Under the pieces are notes generated by a model, which was not told the origin of the DNA, did no database searches, and saw only the letters and a list, made by a program, of their open reading frames with translations. The position numbers and the translations under genes were made by a program. DNA of 64,000 bases from Eledone cirrhosa. Its lineage: Eukaryota. The stretch covers positions 307,396,001-307,460,000 of the forward strand of contig OZ024740.1 of the NCBI GenBank assembly GCA_964016885.1, in the 5' to 3' direction. This document shows positions 27,660-40,448 of the stretch, piece after piece (position 1 is the stretch's first letter; each line of letters begins with the position of its first letter).

Positions 27660-28349
27660 TGTATTGCATCAAGTTATGGGGAACAATCCAAGCTTCGACC
27701 TGGACATCCCCTTTTATATCACAAGATTCCACTCTGACGCAATTCGCTCAGTGAGTGCTTGAATCACCTCGGTGGTTTTGGGGCCATAGGAATCTACCCC
27801 AAAAGCTGCGTTACAACATAGGCCTGATGTAGGGGGCCAGGGCTTCTGTGTCTCCTCCTAGACACTTTACAGACCCGTTAAGCTCTTTACTTACTAATTT
27901 CTCTATTTGTTAATTTTTAAATGTATTTAATTTAATTATATCTTTTAATTTAATTAATTTAATTAAATTAAATATAATTTATACACTTTAATACATTTTT
28001 TACCCTTTTTTTCACCCCTATTTTACAGTTATCTCCTCCCCCAGATCCCTTTTATCGACACATATTATAGCGGGCAGAGAATCTAGTAGGCGAGGGAAGT
28101 TGTCGCTAATACTACTTCACCACTATTTGATAGAGAGGAATAGAAGTTGTGGATACTCAAACTTTGTTTTCATGCCTATAACTTACTAAATTATTGAACT
28201 GGCGCAAAGTGGAAAGCTAGCTCCTATATCCATCCTAGTGGTGGAGAGGGGTAGAAATCATAAGGAGGCTGGTCAACTTAATGGCAACAGGCTAAATGGC
28301 GGCTCCTCATATCGAAAGCTTTAGAAGTTGCTTGTTTATATATATTAAT

Positions 28350-28446
28350 TCTATCTGATGAACTCGGGCCGTTAGATGGGTGGAAATTACACCACCTAAT
28401 CATCGAGCCCAGTGAAATATATATATATGATAGCTAAATAAATAAA
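28350..28446 (+). ncRNA. HHR-like motif with extended stem II at the end of a PLE-like tail
   Basis: CTGATGA (28355-28361), act(c)gggc...gcccagt, GAAAT-ATAT...; AATAAA follows. Confidence 0.55.
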
Positions 28447-28558
28447 TGTATACACAACTTTATATGGCCTTCGCTGCATTTATTGTTTTGTATACTCCGG
28501 CTTGTATTACCAAAACGAACGTGGATTAGTGCATGTCATTGAGTGCTTTATTATATTA

Positions 28559-28750
28559 GCGGTGGATTGACAGTATCGGTAGAGAGTCGGACACCATACT
28601 TTGAAGCTCAGAGTTACGTCCCTTTATGATCTGAGTTCAAATCCCGCCGAGGTTAACTTTGCCTTTCATCCTTACGGGGTCGATAAAATAAAGTACCAGT
28701 AATGTACTGGGTAATTGCTGGCCTTGTGCCAAAAATAGAAACAATTATAT
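28559..28750 (+). mobile_element. tRNA-derived SINE
   Basis: A-box-like ggattgacagtatcgg, B box GAGTTCAAATCC, body aactttgcctttcatcc...gtcgataaaataaagtaccagt. Confidence 0.85.
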
Positions 28751-29056
28751 TAGCATCACCGTTGACTGATTGGAGTGTGAATTTCAAAACTCTAGTTGGT
28801 TAACTCCTTATACAAATTATATATATAGTGCAAGCGTTGTATCAGTTAAAAGTGACGAGGTTTATAGCAAAACATATTTACTCTAATTCCTTGATTACAG
28901 CATTCTATGTAAAGAGGTATGAATCCTCGACAGTCTTCTTTAGGCCACATCGGCCATCGTCGTTCTTTTGATGGTTTCAGTCTTTGGTCTGCGGCCAATT
29001 TTCTTCAATATTTTCTGTAATCATTATCAAACATATATCCACAGAATTATGATGAC

Positions 29057-29453
<397 letters not shown>

Positions 29454-29940
29454 GTCTGTATACATATACATACGCTGTGCGTCTGTATACATATATGTAT
29501 GTACGTATACATACTTATATTTAAGTAACAGCCGTACTAAGAGTGGGAAATGAAATTTCGTTTCATTTTTCCCGTTTATCGTTTTCGGTGCACCCGGCCG
29601 ATTAACCCACTCGATATGCAAATTGGGCTACTCAGCCGTTAATATGCATAAGGTAAGTATATACGTTCAACAATCTGGCAGGAAGGTATACGTTGCTGAC
29701 GATAGCTAATAAGCTTGAAACTAGTACAGCGTTCCTTTGTCAGTGTTGAACAAACGAGCAACGATGGTTGCTAGACACTACGGCTTAATACGGGATGTTT
29801 GTTTACAAACACACCGAGCATTATAATAAATGTTCGGTGAATCCATACGTACATATATATATATGTGTGCATGTATGTATATATATATACATACTACTGT
29901 GCGTCTGTATACATATATCTATGTACGTGTACATACTTAT
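29454..29940 (+). mobile_element. Retrozyme-like element, ~1.1 tandem monomers (period 422 bp)
   Basis: ctgtgcgtctgtatacatata at 29475 and 29897; ATGCAAAT 29616-29623; HHR 29690-29732. Confidence 0.8.
29690..29732 (+). ncRNA. Minimal type I hammerhead ribozyme
   Basis: Stem I acgttg/cagcgt; CTGACGA (29696-29702); agct/agct; GAAAC-TA-GTA; predicted cleavage after 29726. Confidence 0.85.
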
Positions 29941-29953
29941 ATATATATATATA

Positions 29954-30128
29954 TAGTGACGAAACATAAGTCAATTGCATGAACTCATAATCCTTTATTT
30001 ACTGCTATATATATATATTTCGATGATAGCCATTGAATGGCTATGACCTTATCAGGCAGTTAGTCAGTTCTTAGATATGCCAGCTCTCTGTTTATAGTGT
30101 TGATGGTATCAGAGCCTTGGGACATATG
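29954..30128 (-). mobile_element. Second copy of the 26930-27102 HHR unit
   Basis: Minus strand actgc-CTGATAA-...atagcca/tggctat...GAAAT-(AT)n-ATA-gcagt-aaataaa; core G8 mutated. Confidence 0.7.
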
Positions 30129-30340
30129 AGCTTGTTAGGAATAATTTAATGTTGTCAGCAGGAATAGTCTTGATTCTCATTGGTCAGTTTGTAGATGCTA
30201 GTAGGATTGGTATTTGACCTCAAAGAGGCAGGTGGTGTTGTAAAGTTCAAACCGTCAAGCAAGATGACAATAGTTCCACTTGACTGATTTTCACAAAAGG
30301 CATTCCTAGTCAGATATATATTCAATTAAGATTAATAGTA

Positions 30341-30530
30341 GGGCGGTAGATTGGCAGTATCGGTAGAGAGTCGGACGCCATGCTTTCTAGCATAGTTACG
30401 TCCCTTTACGATCTGAGTTCAAATCCCGCCGAGGTTGACTTAGCCTTTCACCCTTACGAGGTCGATAAAATAAAGTACCAGTAATGCACTGGGTAATTGC
30501 TGGCCTTGTGCCTAAAGTAGAAACAATTAA
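30341..30530 (+). mobile_element. tRNA-derived SINE
   Basis: Full-length homologue of 28559-28750. Confidence 0.85.
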
Positions 30531-31199
30531 GATTAATAGTATGAAATAGATACTACAGGTCATTCTTAAATTGAGGAATTTATGTGGTGCGGTGCTACTG
30601 AAATTTATGGTTGGAGTAGAAAATTTACAAATAAAAAGACTTATGTAGGTTGGCTTGCACTACACTCACACCCACCTCCACAGACACACACACACATCCA
30701 CACATACAAAATGTGGGGTGGTAATACTTAATATATTGGTTAGAGTTCAATACTTAGATAGTTTAGAAAATTTATAAATAAAAGGTTTATGCTGGTTGAC
30801 TTGTACATACACTCACACCTACCCCCTCAGACACTCACACGTCTACACACACAAATCCATACAGGTGTGTATACATATATATGCATGCATGTATGTACGC
30901 ACAAGTATACATATATATATATATAAAATATATATATATACACAGAACATACATATATATAAAATATATACATATAAAAATATAAAAAATATATATATAC
31001 ATAAAATACACACATACATAAAATATATACACACATAAAACATACATACATATATATATATAAAATACACATACATATACATATATATATAAACTATATA
31101 CATACATATACATACATATATATAAAATACACATATATACACACATAAAATATATATATATATACACATGATATATATATATACATATATATATAAAAA

Positions 31200-32905
31200 A
31201 TAAGGTTCAATAAAACGTGGTTTAGATGACTCCTAACCAGTAGAGGATCCGGTGGACCATCCACCATAGGGACCACAAACTATGGGTGGTTGTTGTTGTC
31301 GATTGGTCATTGGTACGGGGTGTAAGGGACCTACAGGGGGGGGGGGGGCATTGTGGGAGGCCGTAACCTAGGTTTATCCATATAGCTTGAGGAAAGTTCC
31401 CGTCCTTAGGTGTCTGCAGGCACCGAATAAGTCGGCCCTTCTGTTCAATAGCTTGGTCCCGCCATGAAGAATCTCGAGTGCCTCACTAAGACAGAGGTTG
31501 CAAATAGCAGACCCGCCTATGTCTGGGGGAACCTTTCTAACCACGGACCAGACCGGAGAGTGCGGGGTCTTTTCAAGTTTGAGCTTCCAGATCAATTCAG
31601 AAAGGGCTGTACATTTTTTCTTATCTATTCTGTTAAAGGAAAGGCGATGGTTATACCACCGATCTTTGAAGCTTGTCGCTATTGATCCTATGTAACGGTG
31701 CTCCGAGTTAGGGGTTGTGACCTTGCACCTGTAGACCACGTTTTTCGTCATGCATTCATTACTAAGGGGCATAGTGATGGGTCTCTGCAATTACATGACA
31801 TCTTAAGCCCCACCACATGTACTGCGTGGTTACCATCACTCGGGGTTGGCTGGGTAGCCTCCGCAATCAGCACAGGGTCGTTGGGTTCTGGTGTGCTAGT
31901 TGGGCCTGTCCAGGTTCCGTTGCGTCCCGCGTGCTGGTTCTGTTGGGTGGCTCCGGGGTTTACGGTGGTATTAGAGGCAGTGAGCCTATTCCTATTTATG
32001 CCAGCTATGTGCTGGGCTACGGAGCGTGTGGTTGAGTAGGAAAGTTTCACCGTGTGCCTGTTGAATATGTTATGGTACTTGTGGGGCTTAGGGAAACATT
32101 TATCCAGTTCTCTAAATAATGTTCTAGCCAGGCTGGTACGTAGACCCATCGAGTACGGAGGGTTATACCATGTGACCTTCCTGGTTCTATTCTTGCGGGG
32201 TTGTTGGGTGTCCGCCGTGGGCCACCACGTGGTTGTGCACAGCTCAGGTCGAGCTCGGTTGGTGTCATTCGGGTGTGCGGAGCGGTCACTATCATGAGGG
32301 TTATATGGGCCCACCGTGGGGCTATAAACCTGCGAGATGCGGCCTCCCTGCTCAATTAGGGTTAGGCGGGTGGTGGGGCCGGTTCAGGCGTGCCTATGCT
32401 CCGCAGCACAGTGGTCTTCGGCGTTGTAGGTATTAGACCGGTGGGGTGGTGACGGATAGGGGTCTGGGAGTGTTACTACTGGTCACCGAAGTATTAGGTG
32501 GGCGACTCATGCCCCTGAGGGTATTGGTCCGGGGTACCCTCAGGGTACATATGGACCCGGAATCGGATCAGGGTCTTTCTGGCGGCGTGTATGATTCGGA
32601 CCTCGTCGCGTGTTAGGTCTGTCCTATTCATCGCGAATATGAGTGCCTTGTTCAGGACTATGGGTGAGATAGAGGAGTAGTAATTGTTGATGTCTAGTTG
32701 TATGAAGCTAGTTCTATGTTTTTCAGGTAAAAATGTAAACCAGTCCAGCACCTGGCTGGTGCAGGACCAGAGTTGTAACCTTATTTTAATCTTAAGTGTG
32801 GGCGGGATCCTATCTAAAATGCTTTTGCTAATAACCCCCATGTTGACCGAGAGGGGGCTATCAGTCTGACCGGCAGGTTAGACTCGAAGTTTGGTTTGTG
32901 GTCCT
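31200..32905 (-). pseudogene. Penelope-like retroelement remnant (RT + C-terminal GIY-YIG endonuclease), deleted and frameshifted
   Basis: RT FIQLDINNYYSSI (32494-32841); linker RKVTWYNPPYS...IFNRHTVKLSYS (31748-32314); GIY-YIG NVVYRC...YIGS...FKDRWYNH...CNLCLSE...LLN...CRH (31374-31790). Confidence 0.88.
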
Positions 32906-33268
32906 TATATTATCTTCCTTTATTTTTTTATTATTTTATTTTATTATTATTTTTTTTATTATGTTTTAACCATTGCTTGTATTTTTGCTTTTGTGTGCCA
33001 TCAATTGTATCTGCATCTTGTGAAATTTGCTTGTGACCTGGCATTTAGCTGTGGTGCTTAACAACCCCAACATGTACCCCTCCTTGTTCGCCATCTCCGA
33101 TCTCCCTATCTTTACCCTCTATTGTGTTCCAATTGTTCGTGTGACTAAGCTTGGTGGAGCTTATACTCAGCACTGTGTTTATTAAGCTCTGAGGATTCCT
33201 ACCAAACGGTATGGATGAAACATTGTAAGCAAATAAAAACTGTTTGAGTATGTAAGCGTTCTTTGGTT

Positions 33269-33272
<4 letters not shown>
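32906..33272 (+). mobile_element. Pseudo-LTR-like tail with HHR, opposite in orientation to the adjacent PLE ORF
   Basis: gct-CTGAGGA (33189-33195)-tcctacc/ggtatgga-GAAAC-ATT-GTA-agc-AATAAA, then (TA)n. Confidence 0.7.
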
Positions 33273-33319
<47 letters not shown>

Positions 33320-33715
33320 CACCTACCTACTTATCTACCTACCTATCCACCTACCTACCTACCTACCTATCTATCTATCAATCAATATTCTATGTATCTA
33401 TCTAGTTATCTATCTAAACATAGCTACTACTGGCCGGTGATGTGCTTGGACAGACATCTTGAAATTCCTGAAGCATACGTTGCTAACTCCAGATAAGCAG
33501 ACAACGAAGTTAAAAGATTGACCAAGCATTTGTTTAGGGCACTTTTTACCGCCCTTCCTTATGTAGGGAAAGCAGGGCTATGTTTAAAAAGATCTGCTTT
33601 GTCACTATCAGAGGACACGAACAGCAAAATTGCTCATTTTCTGCATGAAAAGTGATGCCACTATAGCTCTGGTTAAGGATTTCCTGTAAATTGTATATAT
33701 ATATATATATATACA

Positions 33716-35607
33716 CTATCCCCCCCCCGGTTCCTTTCCCTGTTCTAGGCCCCGCTGCAACACCTGTCCCCACATCACCAACACCACCACCTTCCAGGGT
33801 CCCAACGGCCACTCTCTCTCTGTCCGGCATGCCTTCCGCTGCACCTCCTCCAACCTAGTCTACGGACTTCGCTGATATTCGGGATATTCGTCTCGGTGGT
33901 AGTTCCCCCATCGCCCGCCACTTTGGTGCCCCTGGACATTTCGCACACCACCTCACAGTCTGTGGCCTACTCCAATGCCACGGAACACCCGCCACTCTCC
34001 TAAGGGTCGAACAACGAACCATCTTCACCCTACAGACCCACACTCCCCCCGGCCTGAACTCCCCACCCTTATTCCTTTAGCCTTCGACCGCCCCCTCCAC
34101 TCACACATATCCCCCACTAACACCACTAACACACCCCTCCTTTTCACCGCCCACCCCACAACTAACAATACTAACACCTCCACCCCACAACCGACCACCC
34201 TTCCCCAACTAACATACTAACATCCCTCCCTTCTTCTCCTCCCCCCTCCTTATCACACGCACACACACACCGGTACATATATACACGCGCTCACACTAAA
34301 CACACACCCTACCACTACCACTAACCCCCACCCCCACACATCCACCCCACCACCCCGCAACTAACATCACTAACACCCCCTGACCCCAAGCACACGAACA
34401 CACACACCCACTTACACCACCCACTCTACACGCAACTAACATCACTAACACCCCCAACCCTACCACCACAGACCCCCACTCACACCCGCATTCAACCCTT
34501 TCTCCACCTCCAGTATACTAACACCCGCTAACACCCCCTTCACCACACACACACACCAGTACACTACACTCCCTCCGTCGTCCCCCACACCCTTCTCTCC
34601 CCACTCCACCCACACCCTTTCTCAAACACACACACATCCCACTAACACCTCTACTAATACACCCCCTCCCCACTCCAACTTTCACACTTACCCATCCTCT
34701 CCCCCGTCCACCGCACCTCCGCACACACTGACACACCGACTTTCTTCACTTACCATTCTACCCTACTGCTGCTATGCCTCTCTGATCACCTCCCCGCACA
34801 CACAGACACACACCCTCCTCCTGCCTTGACCCTCTGACCACTTCCTGTTGCGCGCGCACCCCACATCTCCCCTCTTCCGACCAATCTCTTTACGGGAACC
34901 TTGATCCCGAGAATCTACCGCATCCCAAGGATTTTACTCAGCATTCCACCACATCTTTTTACGGAATTACCTTTACGACTCACCCCCAGATATACACCCT
35001 AAAAATTTTGTTTTTTCCCACACGCCACCTACATCCACAACACGCATAAACACCACACACACACACACGTGCGTACCACCACATATTTACACATTCAGCC
35101 TCCGGAATCCTCTCCCCCACCCCTCTATCCACACACGCACACACACTCCCACCTACACCCCCACCCCACACACAGCTCTTCTGAACATGCAACCCCGTTC
35201 TTCCCCTAACCCTTGCTTTCACATACACACACACACACACGTACACCTACACACACACACCACCTTCAGCCCTCCCCGCTCGGACACCCCGTCTCCCTCT
35301 CCCCACTCCACCCGCCACCACCCCTACACGCCCCACATCCTTCCACCACCTGTTTTACCTCATTTTAATTTTATTTTGATCATGCCTTTATTTTTAATTT
35401 CACTTGCACCGTTTCCTCTCACCCCCTTTTTGCTATGTCTCTCTACCACTCCCCTACACACCCTTTGAACTCTCTTCCCACACACTTTTCACCTGAAGAA
35501 GGGCTTATGCCCTTAACGTCGTTCCCCACCACTACCCCACTCTCAAGAGCGTGAAACTAATAAACCTTTGTTCGTACTGCCTCTCTGTTTTGTTCCCGTT
35601 CAATTTT

Positions 35608-35610
<3 letters not shown>
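33716..35610 (+). pseudogene. Neptune/Penelope-like PLE 3' part: GIY-YIG remnant and C-rich tail
   Basis: FRCTSSNLVY / IRLGGSSPIARHF...GH...LTVCGL...VEQRTIFTLQT...GLN (~33834-34060); ctgaagaagggcttatgccc-ttaacgtc (~35493-35520), AATAAA, (TA)n. Confidence 0.7.
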
Positions 35611-35684
<74 letters not shown>

Positions 35685-36508
35685 CATTAACAGAGAAAGC
35701 TTTAAGCAATACTCCCCGTCTCACTCAACAAACATTAGGATATACCTTAGTATAATCCAAATTATACGTTTGGGTGCTAACTATACGTATTTTGCGGATA
35801 GCCAGTTGTATTATTTTATATGAGACATAATTAAATACATCTCTCTTTCCAAACGATCGGTTTATTATAAGTTTTCTACAAATTGGGAAAATAATGTCCA
35901 GGTTATGTAGAAGCCTACACATAGTCCATAGGAATATATGTAGGTGGGCACTTATAAATCATCAGTGGATGCCCGACAATATCGATATAAAAAAAAAACC
36001 TTACCGATATTAAGCATACAGTGTATTGCAAAATACATTATATATACATTCATATATATATCGCTATTTCAGAGCAGAAATTCTAATATATATATATATA
36101 TATATAGACACTCATAATACATGCATACCGCACACAAATCGTCTTCCAATGTTAGTGAAGCTATTATTAATCCTCCCCGGATGAAGTAACTTGCAAATTC
36201 TTCGTAATTCTTGAAATGTAATTATACATCTAACGGACACACTCTCTAGAATAGATATATTTGTGTGTGTGTGAGAGAGAGAGGTAGATAGACAGGTAGG
36301 TTGGCAGGTAGATAGATAGGTCGATAGATCGATACATAGATATATAGGTAGACAGACAGAAAGATAAAGATAATGTGGTTATCTGTATATGTGGCTGTGT
36401 GTATGTATGTGAAGATGTGGAAATAAGGAAAGGATTATTTACTACAGTACCAATGATTCAATCCACAGGTGTATATTCTTTTTACCATTGCATAAGTACA
36501 TAGACTCA

Positions 36509-36598
<90 letters not shown>

Positions 36599-36727
36599 GT
36601 GTGTTTATGTGTGTGTATATGTGTCTATCTGTGTGTGTGCATAAGTGTTTATGTGTATATATATGTATATGTGCGTGTGTATGTGTTTGCTTATGTGTGT
36701 GTGTGTGCGTTTATGTCCGTGTGTGTG

Positions 36728-36830
36728 TCTCGTGATTGTAATGTTGAGAGTTCGAATCCCATCAGTGCATTGTGTTCTTGAACAAGACACTTTATTTCGC
36801 CTTTCTTCTCTCCACTGAAGTAACAAAAAG
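36728..36830 (+). mobile_element. CORE-like SINE fragment
   Basis: B box GAGTTCGAATCC, then gtgttcttgaacaagacactt. Confidence 0.6.
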
Positions 36831-37094
36831 TGTACTCTGCCAGTAAGTCGAAGAACCAATGTAGTCCCTCCCCGAAACCCTCCGTTATATGTGTCTATGG
36901 AATGCTCAGACACTCTCACCTTAATTTCAGGCAGTTCCATTTGAGAAACCTAGCTGGAAGAATCCTCGTCACAAGCAATAGGGTACCATCATACATATGA
37001 ACATATAGACACACACACACACGCTTCAAAGAGAATAGAAGAGATCAATAAAATAAGTACTAGATTTTAAAATATATGTACTGGAATTGAGGTC

Positions 37095-40000
37095 AAGAAA
37101 ATCCTTTAATCGTGATATCCCAGCATGGGCACAGTCTAACGTCTGAAACAAGTGCAGGCCAGAGAATTGTTCTTCCTCCTTCAATCTATGGTTCCCCTCG
37201 CTTCTACAGTGAGTGCTTTCAGAATTCGATGACTGTGGTTCGATACATGAGAAAGCCATCTTATTTCATCACAGTAACAACTAACCCTAACTGGGATGAA
37301 ATAAAAAATAGTTTGCACCTTAGTGAAGAATCTAGAGACCGTCCTGATATTTGTGCAAGAGTCTTCAAGATCAAGTATGACAGCCTCAAGGATGACATGC
37401 TGAAAAAAAATGTCCTAGGAAATGTTGTGGTCATTCTCCTACAATAGAGTGGCAGAAAATGAGGCCTCACTCATGCTCATATTCTGCTGATAATGGCTGA
37501 AGATAGCAAGCCCAAAACTGCTGATGCCATTGATCAGGTAGTGTACTGTGAGATTTCTGATAAAGAGACCAATCCAATTCTGCATAAGATCATCACATCC
37601 TGCAACATTCATGGCCCATGTGGACAAGCTAATATGATGTGCTCATGTATGGAAGGGCTAGGACAACAACGCCATTGCTCAAAAAGTTATCCCAAGGCAT
37701 TCAGACAAACCACATTTGTTGCTGAAAATTCCTTTCCGGAGTATAGAAGGCATAGACAGCATGGTGGTCACACCCATACAATCCAACTTAAAGGTCAAGA
37801 ATTTACTGTTGATAATCGTTCGATTGTTCCATACAACCCTTTCTTCACAAGGCTAGGTCAACTTCATACAAAGGTTTGAGGACAATTGAAGGAGTTGAAT
37901 TTCCAACATTCCAAGAAGCATGCCGGAAACTTGGTCTGTTAGATGAAGATGGAGAAAAAGACAAAGCTATGGAAGAGGCCTCATCCATTACGCTTGGTCC
38001 TCAGCTGTGAGAGATCTTCTGTACCATTTTATCGTACAGCATGCCAAATGACCCTCTGCAGTTCTGGGAGAAATGGAAGAATTGTCTTGCAGAAGATATC
38101 ATGCATGAACATCATGAGCAAGTCATGTCCATGCAAACCGTGCAGATAGTTCTACAGAAGATCCAACAAAGACTTCAACATGATGGCTTGGACATTCATG
38201 CCAACTATGGACTTCCTTGGCCAGACCCAACTATTGTTGCCATACCAGAAATCAACAGGGTTCTTATGGCAGAAACTGATTTCAATACACACCAACTGCA
38301 AGCAAACATAAATGAACTTCTGCCAACATTGAATCCTGAGCAACTGGTTATTTTTCACAAAGTAATCACCTCTGTAAATGATAATGAAGGCAGAATTTTC
38401 TGCTTGAATTCAAGTGCAGGTACAGGAAAGACCTATGTCAAAAACATCCTGTTGGATTACCTCCGATCTAAAAATAAAATTACACTTGCCACTGCCATAT
38501 CTGGAATAGCAGCCACTTTGCTTCACAAATGTAGAACTCTTCATTCCAAGTGCAAGATTCCTCTCAATGTGACTGCTGAATCAACTTGCTTCTTCACAAA
38601 GAGGGATGACACAGGTAAACTTATGCAGCAAGCTGTCCTGCTAATCATTGATGAGATAGGTATGGGACATAAGCATATCTTTGAATGCCTTGACAGGAGC
38701 TTCAAAGATGTTTGAGATTGCAAAAAGCCATTTGGTGGTCTAACAGTATTACTATCTGGTGACTGGAAGCATATTCTTCCAGTTGTACGTCATGGTGCTA
38801 GACCACAAATAGTTGAGGCAACCATCAAGAGATCCTATCTCTGGGACTATGTGGAAACCATGGAGATTTTAACCAATCAACGGTTAATTAATGCAGAGGA
38901 TTCTGATGAAAGATAGTTTGCAAACTACCTTCTTGATGTGGGAGATGGTAACATTCCAACTGTTCCAACTGTAGGTACATTCACATTCTTCTGCCAAATG
39001 AACTTTGTCTGGAATATGGCAATGTGTCTGGACTGTTTGATTGTGTGTATACAAATCTTCCAGGAAACTACACAAACCCACTATGGCTTGCAAATAGAGC
39101 CATTATCACTCCAACAAATGATGCAGCAAGATTGGTGAATGAGTTCATGGTCCACAAGTTCCCTGGTCATGAAATAATCTACAGAAGCTCTGACACAGTA
39201 GATAATGAACTGCAATATCAAATTGAGTTCATCAACAAACTTCCCCATCAGGCTTCCCAACACACATACTTAAACTGAAGAAAGGCAGTTGCATCATGCT
39301 TCTGAGAAATCTGGATCCTCTAAACAGGCATTGCAATGGTACACGCTACATCATCATTAGTTTACATAATCATGTAATTGAAGCTAAAGTGGCATTAGGT
39401 CCCAATGCTGGAACAAGGTTGCTAATCCCAAGGATACCACATGTATCACAAGAGCTTGAGTTCCCTTTCACCTTTACTCGCAAGCAGTTTCCTGTCAAAC
39501 CAGCCTTTGCCCTTACATGCAACAAGGCACAAGGGCAGACATTTGAAAAGATAGGTGTATATCTACCAACACAATTCTTCTCACATGGTCAGATGTATGT
39601 TGCATTATCACGAGTTACAAAAAAAGAAAATATTAAAATATTAAATGAAAGGGGTCTGTTTGTTGACAACTGTGTCTACAAAGAAATTCTACAGTGATGT
39701 GAAACAGCTATCACTCTCTTTTAGTTGAAATGCATTTGAGTTTCTTTTTAACTGCTAGAAAAGGGACACTACAAAAACTTAAGAAGTCTATATGTGAATA
39801 CAGTAAAACAACAATATAGCGTAGGTCAACTCTTCATATTGGTAAATGTAATTCATTCATTCATACCAGCAGCATCTATTTTCAAATTCACTGCTTGAAA
39901 CTTCCCATCAACATTCTCAAGTGAAGATTCATGAACATTTTCCGTCAACAGTTTCATCGCTTTTCCATCTCGCCTTTTTTTTAAATGTATCATGGATTAC

Positions 40001-40159
40001 TTTACTGATTACAGAAGTAAGTGTAACACAGTCTTTGTTCAGTTTATGTGCATATTGTCAATTTACGTATTATGTCTATGTGTATATATATTTGCGTATA
40101 TCAATATACACACTATGTATGCCAGCAGAAAACCGCCCGAAGGCCAGTTCTTCTGCTAG
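37095..40159 (+). mobile_element. Decayed Helitron (Rep + PIF1-family helicase), 5' end missing, 3' end intact
   Basis: Rep: LPPSIYGSPR, FITVTTNPNW, DRPDICARVF, HGPCG; helicase: AGTGKTY, IIDEIGM, MLLRNLD, CNGTR, QFPVKPAFALTCNKAQGQT, FSHGQMYVALSRV; 3' hairpin 40124-40157 ending CTAG|T. Confidence 0.92.
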
Positions 40160-40164
40160 TTACA

Positions 40165-40382
40165 ATAATAGTTTCTGATTTAGGCACAAGGCCAACAATT
40201 TGTGGGGAAAGGGACAGTCAATTAATTCGAACCTAGTGCGATACTGGTACTTTATTTTATCGACCCCGTAAGGGTGAAAGGCAAAACTAACCTCGGTAGG
40301 ATTTGAACTCAGAACGCAAAGGGATGTAACTCTATGTTGCAAAGCATGGTGTCCTGCATTCTACCTATACTGCCAATCCGCC

Positions 40383-40383
<1 letters not shown>
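40165..40383 (-). mobile_element. tRNA-derived SINE
   Basis: Reverse complement of the 45585-45808 family. Confidence 0.85.

Positions 40384-40448
<65 letters not shown>
40384..40448. repeat. (AAT)n microsatellite
   Basis: Direct reading. Confidence 0.97.

Noticed and set aside
28559-28660. tRNA gene
   Set aside because: A and B boxes are too far apart, no cloverleaf, and it continues into a SINE body.
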